Source: Rubripirellula sp. (lineage in GTDB: Bacteria; Planctomycetota; Planctomycetia; Pirellulales; Pirellulaceae). Taken from it: DNA of 64,000 nt. Below the pieces are notes generated by a model. The model was given only the letters and a program-made list of their open reading frames with translations. It searched no databases and was not told the DNA's origin. The DNA is taken from positions 800,001 to 864,000 of the forward strand of contig OZ244207.1 in assembly GCA_965216875.1 (NCBI GenBank), given 5' to 3'. Made by a program: the position numbers and the translations under genes. Of this stretch, positions 20,847-28,978 are shown one piece after another (position 1 is the first letter of the stretch; every line of letters begins with the position of its first letter).

Positions 20847-21197
20847 TCGGGGCTGGATGCAATTCGAATGGATTGAGGGTTGACCTCTTGGAATACTTCA
20901 CTGCCCCAAGCATTTGCCGCAGGAGCGGCGAATCCCACCACCACGAGGGAGCAGGAATATGAAACCAAGCCCACCCATCAAAAAGCCAATCGACTGTCCG
21001 AACATGCAAGGCGTCGTCAAGTTGCTACGTCTGACGCAGCGTTACCGAAGTTTGGCAAAAAAGGCCGTCGACGAAACGCTGCCTCCCAATAGTGATCGTT
21101 CCGTATTGGTTTCGTTGATCGGTTCAGACGCATGTCTCGACCGAAATGCGGTTCGTCTTTCCGCCTAGGTCTGCGGTTCTATTTGCGGCGTCCGTTT

Positions 21198-21914
21198 CTA
21201 AGCTCGAATCGTCGACAAGCCGCCGTCCACTCGCACCACCTGTCCCGTCATCCAAGCAGAGCGGTCGCTGATTAAGAATTCTGCCATGGAGGCGATGTCG
21301 TCGATCGTGCCTATCCTTTTGAGCGGATGACGTTCGGCCATCGCCGCTCGCTTTTGATCGCTGGAAAGAAGGGAAGCGGCTAAAGGCGTGTCGGTAAGCG
21401 AAGGGGCAACGCAATTGACACGAATGTTGGGCGCAAGCTCCGCGGCGAGGGATCTCGTCAATGCCTCGATCGCTCCTTTCGACGCGGCAATGCTCGCATG
21501 CATCGGAAGCCCCTGGGAAGCTGCCACCGTGCTGAACAAAACGATGGCCGGTGGTGCGGTCATCGCGGAGGCCGCTTTCATCGCAGGTAGCGCTGCTTGC
21601 AGGCACCTGATGGCACCAACTACGTTCAGCTCGAAGTCGTTGATCATCTTGTCTGGTTTGATTCCGCGCAGGGGACCGAGGTTGATGGAACCAGGGCAGT
21701 AGGCGAGACCGTCGATCACCGACGGCAACATGTCGGGTGTGATTTCATCTGCGGTCACATCTGCTTTGATGTGAGTGACACCTGGCATCGTGTCGACATC
21801 GCCGGCGTGGCGTGAGATGACGGTTGTTTGGGCACCGGTCGATGTCAGTCGCTTGACCAAGCCGAATCCGATCCCACGGCTTCCGCCAACGACGACATAG
21901 GATGAGTTTTTCAT
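21198..21914 (-). CDS. SDR family oxidoreductase
   Basis: VVGGSRGIG; YCPGSINL; FSTVA; HASIAASKGAIEAL (catalytic Tyr absent, as in the SDRs found beside photolyases); IRVNCVAP. Confidence 0.92.
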   Translation of the reverse strand: MKNSSYVVVGGSRGIGFGLVKRLTSTGAQTTVISRHAGDVDTMPGVTHIKADVTADEITPDMLPSVIDGLAYCPGSINLGPLRGIKPDKMINDFELNVVGAIRCLQAALPAMKAASAMTAPPAIVLFSTVAASQGLPMHASIAASKGAIEALTRSLAAELAPNIRVNCVAPSLTDTPLAASLLSSDQKRAAMAERHPLKRIGTIDDIASMAEFLISDRSAWMTGQVVRVDGGLSTIRA

Positions 21915-21917
21915 GTT

Positions 21918-23444
21918 CTAGAAAAGCCTTTGACTTTGATTTTGACTTGGGCGAGTCTTGCGACTCGATCTTTTGCGACTGCCATGTTTTTTGACGACGC
22001 GTTGGGCGTCGGCCTTCGCAGCCTCGTTTTTTCGGACCGCGTAAATCCGTTCACGAGCCGCTTTGTAGGCGACCGAGTGCTCGACGATCGGGGCTGGATA
22101 GTCGACGTCGATTCGACAGCCCGATTGGGACTGTTGGTCGAGTGACATCTTGTGGGGCTCGGCGAGGTGCTCTTCTGCCACACCACGTAACTCGGGAACA
22201 AACTTGCGAATGAATTCACCCGAAGGGTCTTGGTCCTTGACTTGTTTGATCGGCGAGTAGATCCGGACCGTGTTGATGCCCGTCGTCCCGGACTGCATTT
22301 GAAACTGCGAGAAATGAATCCCTGGTTCAAAGTCCAAGAAATGTTTGGAGAGGAATAGTGAGGTTGGTCGCCAATGCAACCAAAGATGGTAAGACGCGAA
22401 CGAAACGAGCATCGCTCGCATGCGGAAATTGATCCAACTGTGTTGATGCAGAGCTCGCATGCAGGCGTCGACCATTGGATAGCCCGTGCGACCGTGGCAC
22501 CAAGCGTCGAAACGATTCTGGTTAAACTCATCTTCGCGAAGGCCATCGTAGACGCGGCTCATGTTTTCGAACTCAAGCGAGGGCTCATCTTCAAGCTTCT
22601 GCATGAAGTGACAGTGCCAGCTCAGACGAGACTCGAAGGAACGCAGTGATTTGAGCCAACTGCCGATCGGCTCGCCCATGCCTCGAAGTTCTCGCAGTTC
22701 GCCCTGTCGTTGATGCAATTCATAAGCAACTCGTTTGACTGACAGGCAACCCCAGGCAAGGTACGTGCTCAATCGGCTGCAGGATTCGCCCGCCGTCACG
22801 GGACTCGACATTTCGCTGCTGTAGTTTTGCCCACGCTCATCGAGGAATGATTGGAGTGTTCTGTGTCCGGCCGCTTCCCCACCTCGCTGCAGCCCCGTTT
22901 TGCTGGTTGGAGCGATCCCTAGATCTTCTGCTTGCTGAATGCGAGCGGACTCGATCCCCGGCGGGTGCCTAATCCTCTTTGGCCGTGAAGCGATTGGCTC
23001 TTTCAAAAACTCGTTGCGCCGATTGGACCATCCATCACGAGTGTCCAGCTGGCGAATGACCCCGTTTTGCGGGATCTCGTGCCAAAGGATGCCACGCTCA
23101 TTTGCCCAATCGCTAACTCGACGATCGCGATCGTAGGTGATGCGATTTCCGGTTTCTTGGTGGCTCCAGATGGATTCAATCCGCTGTGAATCATTGAGCC
23201 TCGAAAGGACTTTGGTCATTTCGCCGACGCGCAAAGTCAACTCGCCGCCAAGATCGCTCAGTTGGCCTGCCAGCTCCTCGAGTGATTCGTTGATGAACTG
23301 CAGGTGAGAAGCATCGAATTCGTCGGATGTCAGAATCTCGGGCTCGTAGACATACAGGCACAGGCAAGACGCATGCTTGGACGCCATCTCAAGCGGTCGG
23401 TGATCATCGATCCGCAAATCACGCTTGAACCAAACGACATGCAT
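21918..23444 (-). CDS. Cryptochrome/photolyase family protein (divergent clade)
   Basis: VVWFKRDLRIDDH; CSRLSTYLAWG; GRTGYPMVDACMRAL; RIYSPIKQVKDQDPSGEFIRKFVPEL. Confidence 0.93.
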   Translation of the reverse strand: MHVVWFKRDLRIDDHRPLEMASKHASCLCLYVYEPEILTSDEFDASHLQFINESLEELAGQLSDLGGELTLRVGEMTKVLSRLNDSQRIESIWSHQETGNRITYDRDRRVSDWANERGILWHEIPQNGVIRQLDTRDGWSNRRNEFLKEPIASRPKRIRHPPGIESARIQQAEDLGIAPTSKTGLQRGGEAAGHRTLQSFLDERGQNYSSEMSSPVTAGESCSRLSTYLAWGCLSVKRVAYELHQRQGELRELRGMGEPIGSWLKSLRSFESRLSWHCHFMQKLEDEPSLEFENMSRVYDGLREDEFNQNRFDAWCHGRTGYPMVDACMRALHQHSWINFRMRAMLVSFASYHLWLHWRPTSLFLSKHFLDFEPGIHFSQFQMQSGTTGINTVRIYSPIKQVKDQDPSGEFIRKFVPELRGVAEEHLAEPHKMSLDQQSQSGCRIDVDYPAPIVEHSVAYKAARERIYAVRKNEAAKADAQRVVKKHGSRKRSSRKTRPSQNQSQRLF

Positions 23445-23593
23445 TCCACTTAGGCTCGTCTCGAGTAACCCGCTATACTTCTACAGGTTCCATTGTTAGC
23501 CCTAGGCAATGCCCTCTCGTTTAGGACTGGTCTTTCCTTTACGACAGAACCTTCTCAGTTAGCACTGGCCCATTTAGGACTGGCAACACTCAA

Positions 23594-24649
23594 ATGCGCC
23601 TTCGCGATCTCCACCGACCGATCGTCTCTTTGGTATTGTTTGCGATCGCCACAAATGTCATCGCCGACGAGCCCGGATCGGACCAAAACCCGACTGTGCT
23701 CGATCGGTTTGAGCAAGCTGACAAAGACGGTGACGGAAAACTGAGCCGAAAGGAATTGCCGCGTCCCATTCTCTTTCGGCGTCTCGATCGAAATGGGGAC
23801 GGCGTGATCACAAAGAATGAACTCCCCGATGATCTTGCGTCTCTGAAGCGTCCCAATGCCGCCTACACCTTCACCGGTGACCTCTCGTACGGTGAGCACT
23901 CGCTTCAAAAACTCGACCTCTACCGACCCAAGGGTGGCAAAGAAACGCCGGTGATGGTCTACGTGCACGGCGGTGGTTGGCGGAAAGGCGACAAAAAGAG
24001 CATCGGCGAGAAGGCTAAGTTCTTCTGCGGGCGAGGGTGGCTTTTGGTTAGCGTCAATTATCGATTGCTTCCCGATGGCAAGCATCCAAGCAACGTCAAC
24101 GATGTTGCAAAGGCAATCGCTTGGGTTCACGATCACGCCGAGGAGCATGGAGCCGATCCGAACAAGCTCTTTGTCATGGGGCATTCGGCTGGAGCGCATT
24201 TGGTCGCGCTGGCGAGTACGAACCCGGCACCGCTCGAGAAAGCTGGCAAGTCGTTGCAGATTGTCAAAGGAACGGTCGCTCTTGATACGAACGTTTATGA
24301 CTTGGTGAAACTTATGCGGCTGACATCCTCGACAACGTACCGTCAAGTTTTTGGGGATGACGAACAGCTTTGGACAGAGGCTTCGCCCGCCTTGCATGTG
24401 AAGCCAGGCCAGAATGTTCCGCCATTTCTAATCTGCTACAGTCGCGGCCTGCGCGCTCGCGTCAATCCGGAACGATCAAAGCAGGCCAATGGCTTCGCAA
24501 CCGTGCTTCGCAATGCCGGGGTAGATGCCAAGGTCGTTGATGCGAGTGATCGAAGTCATGGTGAGATCAACGCTTGGTTTGGAAAGGCCGACGACGAAAA
24601 AGTGACCGGTGCCGCCATCGCGTTTTTTGACGAGGTTCTCGGTCGCTAA
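23594..24649 (+). CDS. Secreted alpha/beta hydrolase (esterase) with N-terminal EF-hand pair
   Basis: Signal peptide; DKDGDGKLSRKE and DRNGDGVITKNE; HGGGW; GHSAG. Confidence 0.9.
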   Translation: MRLRDLHRPIVSLVLFAIATNVIADEPGSDQNPTVLDRFEQADKDGDGKLSRKELPRPILFRRLDRNGDGVITKNELPDDLASLKRPNAAYTFTGDLSYGEHSLQKLDLYRPKGGKETPVMVYVHGGGWRKGDKKSIGEKAKFFCGRGWLLVSVNYRLLPDGKHPSNVNDVAKAIAWVHDHAEEHGADPNKLFVMGHSAGAHLVALASTNPAPLEKAGKSLQIVKGTVALDTNVYDLVKLMRLTSSTTYRQVFGDDEQLWTEASPALHVKPGQNVPPFLICYSRGLRARVNPERSKQANGFATVLRNAGVDAKVVDASDRSHGEINAWFGKADDEKVTGAAIAFFDEVLGR

Positions 24650-24815
24650 CGCTGCATACACTCGTCACAGACGCGAAATTCTCTCTCGAGTCTGTTAATT
24701 CCAAGTCTGTCTTGCGGTTACCAAAGCTGTGGTCGGACGCGATCGACGCTCGCCTGGAGTCACTTGCGTCGTCGTTGCCGTTGCTGGTCGATCATTGGGG
24801 GCCGAATGGAGAAAG

Positions 24816-25787
24816 ATGAACGATCTCAAAGACAAAAAGATAGTCATCGCTGGCGGGAGCGGGTTTCTCGGCCGGTCGATGACCGAGGCTTTTTCGAGAT
24901 CCGGTGCATCGGTGACTGTCTTATCGCGATCAGACATGCCATCGGCAGAGGCGGTCACCTACGAAAAATGGGATGGTAGAACACTGGGGGCGTGGGTTCG
25001 ATCGCTCGAAGGTGCCGATTCGGTTGTGAATCTTGCTGGGCGGAGCGTAAATTGCATCAAAACACCTGACAACCAAGACGAGATCTTAAGGTCTCGTGTC
25101 GCGTCAACCGCGGTGCTAGGAAAGGCAATGCGGGAGTTGTCCGCACCACCGCCGGTATGGGTTCAGATGAGCACGGCGCACATCTACGGCGATCCGCCTG
25201 AGGTGGTGTGCACTGAAAACTCGGATCTCGGGATTGGGTTTGCGCCCACAGTCGGACAAGAGTGGGAACGAGCGTTCTTAGCCGGCTTGCTTCGCGATCA
25301 AAGAGGTGTCGTGATGCGAACGAGCTTCGTCGTTGGTCGAGATCGGGGCGCTGGAGGCGGTGCACTCGAGACGCTGCGGATGATCGCGAGGATGAGACTC
25401 GGCGGGCGCGTTGGTCGTGGCACTCAAGGCATGTCTTGGATCCATGAATCCGATCTTAATCGGTTGTTCATCAAGGCAACGACCGATCCGTCGATGCAAG
25501 GTGTGTACATCGCATCGGCACCCAACCCTGTTTCTCAGTCCGAATTCATGAGCGTTCTTCGAAAAGTGATGGGCATTCGAATCGGACTTCCGGCGACAGA
25601 GTGGATGGTCCGCATCGGCGCTCCACTCGTCATGCGGACCGATCCCGAACTCGCTCTCTATGGTCGGTACGTGGTCTCGAGTCGCTTGCGAGACGAAGGT
25701 TTTGAGTTTGAGTTCCCGGGACTGCAACAAGCGTTGACGGATCTGCTAGGCCAAGCGTCAAACGTCGCGGCAACGTCCGTTGGGTGA
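24816..25787 (+). CDS. TIGR01777/DUF1731 family NAD-dependent epimerase-like protein
   Basis: [36 protein letters not shown]. Confidence 0.9.
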   Translation: MNDLKDKKIVIAGGSGFLGRSMTEAFSRSGASVTVLSRSDMPSAEAVTYEKWDGRTLGAWVRSLEGADSVVNLAGRSVNCIKTPDNQDEILRSRVASTAVLGKAMRELSAPPPVWVQMSTAHIYGDPPEVVCTENSDLGIGFAPTVGQEWERAFLAGLLRDQRGVVMRTSFVVGRDRGAGGGALETLRMIARMRLGGRVGRGTQGMSWIHESDLNRLFIKATTDPSMQGVYIASAPNPVSQSEFMSVLRKVMGIRIGLPATEWMVRIGAPLVMRTDPELALYGRYVVSSRLRDEGFEFEFPGLQQALTDLLGQASNVAATSVG

Positions 25788-25988
25788 ATCTTTCGCGTCT
25801 GAACACAGCCGGGGCAACGAAGCTCGCCCCTCGCCCTTTCTCGTTCATTGGGGCATGAGAGAACACTACGTGTTCACCTGATGTGTACGCACGTTCTTGG
25901 TTGTTGGGTGTTTGCAATTCAAATACGTTCTCAGTATCAAACATGGCGCTCGGTTTTAGCACCGAGTTTTGATACTTGGGGACACACA

Positions 25989-27869
25989 ATGCAAATCAAC
26001 GTTAACTACAAACTTGAACACCTCCCGTCCGAGCCTGGTAACTGGCTTCCGGGTTATCCGAATCCAGCAGACTTTCGTTTCGACTATTTCAAGCTGCTTG
26101 AAAACGCTCCGGAAGGTCTTGCTGCCATCGACGATTCGGTTGGTCGGCGGGTCGCGATCGTTGGCGCTGGTTGCGCGGGGATGACAGCGGCGCGTGAGTT
26201 GCATCGCTGCGGGTTCGATGTGACGATCTACGAGGCGAGTGAGCGAATTGGTGGTCGCCTTTTCACACGCGACAATCCGACCGGGCCAGAGCAAACGGGA
26301 ATGGAGATGGGCGCCATGCGGATGCCCTTTTTCAGTTTGCCGGGGTCAAAAAACAGCATCCTCGAGTATTACATGATGCATGAGGATCGAAGTCACGCGG
26401 CCGCGCCGGTGACCTTTCCGAACCCCGGATCCGCTCCCGGTGGCACCGGGATTTATATGAACGGCGGGCTCGGTCCAAAGGGGAGTTTCGACAAGCCCAC
26501 AATGATTGATTGGCCAGCTGGTACGGCGCCCGACAACAAGACGATCGCAAGTCTCGCAAAAAAGGCCACAAAGTTCATTGGCGCATTCGAAAACAACACA
26601 AAGAACATCTATACAGCTGACGACGATCGATGGGAAAAGCTGTGGGCCAAGATCGTCGAGTTTTATGAACCGATGACCTTTGGTGATTTGGTAAGACTTG
26701 CGTCAAAGAAGAAGCCCGATCTCGAGACGGGCGACTTTGGCGGGTTCGGCATGAACGAAAGCGAATCGAACCTGCTCTACACGATCGGTACCGGTGACGG
26801 CAGTTGGGGCGCCTTCTACAGCGTCTCGGCACTATGGTTCATTCGCTGCACGATGTTCGGCTTTGGCGGAAGTGAGCTACAAACGGTAGCGGGTTACTCA
26901 GACCAAGTTGGCATGCCCCACTACGGCGATTCCGTTCAGGATTCGGATGGGCGGCCGTTACCATCGCCAAGATTCCGCGGCATTCAGTCGCTCGTCGAGT
27001 ATCTCTATTTCGTACCGGCGCCCGGTTCACCGTCCTCGCTCTACGATGCTGACAACGTCCAACTTTATTCTCAGTCGCACGTTTCAACGATTGCGAAACT
27101 GCAAAACGGTAAAACACAGATTCTCGCCGAGAATCAGCCAGCCAAGTATTTTGACCACGTCTTTGTGACCTCTGGTCAATGGGCGTCGCAAATGTCGTTT
27201 CAACTCGAAGGCTTTTCGCAAGACGAATTGCCTCTGCTTAAGACGACCGCCGAACATGTCCAGCACAATATTTCGAGTTGCAAACTTTTCTTTCCGTTGA
27301 AAACCAAGTACTGGAATCTTCCCGGCAATCGGATCCCTCAGGTCATCGTCACTGATACCTTCCTGCAAGATGCCTACGCGCTCGACTGGGATGAATGCGA
27401 AGGGGATACCGGCGTGATGCTTGCGAGTTATACGTGGGAAGACGACTCGCTCAAACTGCTGCCCTTTTCTGAGGAAGAATTGGTGGCGAAAGTGATCGAA
27501 AAGATTCGCGAAATTACAGTGTCGACCGTCGGCCAAGACGTGACGCAGCACTTCGTTGCCGACAAACCGGTGACGTTGCAGTGGATCCTGCAACCGAGTT
27601 ACGACGGGTGTGCAAAGCTTTATCGTCAACGCAATGAATCGTTCAATCAGATCGACTTGGCATATAATCAGTATTACGGCGGCAAGTCAAACCTGTACTT
27701 TGTCGGCGAGAACTACTCAGTCGAAGGCGGCTGGACGGAACCGGCGCTTCGATCCGCACTCGATGGTGTCCTGCGTTTGCTAGACCAGAATGGAGCGGAG
27801 TTTAAGGTTCGAGATTTCGATTTTACGCGTGACTACCCAAGTTGGCCTGAACCGACCGAGTCGAGCTAG
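25989..27869 (+). CDS. Flavin amino-acid oxidase/2-monooxygenase (IaaM tryptophan 2-monooxygenase / DavB / Phe oxidase-like)
   Basis: DFRFDY; VAIVGAGCAG; IGGRL; EMGAMRMP; FPNPG; ASYTWEDDSLKLL; GGWTEPAL. Confidence 0.8.
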   Translation: MQINVNYKLEHLPSEPGNWLPGYPNPADFRFDYFKLLENAPEGLAAIDDSVGRRVAIVGAGCAGMTAARELHRCGFDVTIYEASERIGGRLFTRDNPTGPEQTGMEMGAMRMPFFSLPGSKNSILEYYMMHEDRSHAAAPVTFPNPGSAPGGTGIYMNGGLGPKGSFDKPTMIDWPAGTAPDNKTIASLAKKATKFIGAFENNTKNIYTADDDRWEKLWAKIVEFYEPMTFGDLVRLASKKKPDLETGDFGGFGMNESESNLLYTIGTGDGSWGAFYSVSALWFIRCTMFGFGGSELQTVAGYSDQVGMPHYGDSVQDSDGRPLPSPRFRGIQSLVEYLYFVPAPGSPSSLYDADNVQLYSQSHVSTIAKLQNGKTQILAENQPAKYFDHVFVTSGQWASQMSFQLEGFSQDELPLLKTTAEHVQHNISSCKLFFPLKTKYWNLPGNRIPQVIVTDTFLQDAYALDWDECEGDTGVMLASYTWEDDSLKLLPFSEEELVAKVIEKIREITVSTVGQDVTQHFVADKPVTLQWILQPSYDGCAKLYRQRNESFNQIDLAYNQYYGGKSNLYFVGENYSVEGGWTEPALRSALDGVLRLLDQNGAEFKVRDFDFTRDYPSWPEPTESS

Positions 27870-27924
27870 GGACTCGAGTCGGCCGTTGGAATCACGTCTC
27901 TTGTCCTCGCGTCCCAGCGGTGAA

Positions 27925-28920
27925 ATGTCGATGATTCGAAAGCCTTTTCTTTATGCTTTGGCAGCGACACTTTGCGTGACCTTTGCGTTCGTGTTTTGGC
28001 AGAGCACACTGAGTTCACAGCAGGATGGTTTCATTCCTCCGGATGCCGCCGCACGCAAAAAGGCCGTTGGTGACACGATTGACCTCGAGCTAAACCTTCG
28101 GGTCGCGTTCGATTCGAGCGACCAAGCATTTGCGCCGATCCCTGCCCTTGGACCGTCGAGTTGGCTGACGTCACAACGTGAGTCTGGGCAGACGTTTGAA
28201 GACTATCGAATCAGCGTTCCGAATCGACCTGATCAAATGAGGTCGACGATCTACATAGTTCCTTTGGGAAATTTCCCGGAAGAGCTTGCTCCGGACCTGG
28301 ACGAAGTCTCTGAGTTTGCGTCGGCCTATTTTGAGATGCCAGTGAAGAGGCTCGCGGGCCAGCGGATCGAGGATGTGCCCTTTCGGAGTCGAAGCCGCGC
28401 TCATGGCACGCAAATACTCACCGGCGATGTACTGAAGTGGTTACGAACTCAAGTACCTGACGACGCCTATTGTTTGCTCGCAGTCACGATGACGGACCTT
28501 TACAACGACCCCAGTTGGAATTTCGTCTTCGGTCAGGCTTCACTGCGAGACCGCGTGGGCGTGTACAGTTTCGCGAGATACCTCCCGCGAACGAGCGACA
28601 TTGGCATCAGCGAGGAAGACTGGCGATTGCTGATGCTGCGAAGTTGCAAAGTGCTTGCGCATGAAACGGGGCACATGTTCGGGATCAAACACTGCGTTCA
28701 CTATCACTGTTTGATGAATGGTTCCAACGGCCTCGACGAAACCGATGCCGCTCCCGTTCACTTCTGTCCCGTCTGCCTGCGAAAGTTGCACTTCGCCAAG
28801 CCGTTCGACATTCAAGGACGCTACGAAAACCTTCAATTGCTCAGCGAACGGTTCGGCTGGGACGAAGAAGCAAACTGGTATGCCGGCCGATTGCAGGTCC
28901 TCAACCGCCAACAAGATTGA
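27925..28920 (+). CDS. Archaemetzincin (peptidase M54) zinc metalloprotease with N-terminal membrane anchor/signal
   Basis: GQTFEDY; WNFVFGQA; VGVYSFAR; HETGHMFGIKHC..CLMNGSN...CPVCLRKL. Confidence 0.92.
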   Translation: MSMIRKPFLYALAATLCVTFAFVFWQSTLSSQQDGFIPPDAAARKKAVGDTIDLELNLRVAFDSSDQAFAPIPALGPSSWLTSQRESGQTFEDYRISVPNRPDQMRSTIYIVPLGNFPEELAPDLDEVSEFASAYFEMPVKRLAGQRIEDVPFRSRSRAHGTQILTGDVLKWLRTQVPDDAYCLLAVTMTDLYNDPSWNFVFGQASLRDRVGVYSFARYLPRTSDIGISEEDWRLLMLRSCKVLAHETGHMFGIKHCVHYHCLMNGSNGLDETDAAPVHFCPVCLRKLHFAKPFDIQGRYENLQLLSERFGWDEEANWYAGRLQVLNRQQD

Positions 28921-28978
28921 TCGAAGCTTCTGTTCCTGCTCGATCAAGATGATGATCCGGCATCACCTGCCTACCTCT

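Noticed and set aside
23555..24397. 280-aa ORF antisense to the EF-hand esterase
   Set aside because: Overlaps a clear gene; no motifs.
28935..28965. GATCAAG...GATCCGGCA here (and AGATCCGGCAC near 33161) as further family A copies
   Set aside because: Matches are too short to distinguish from chance.
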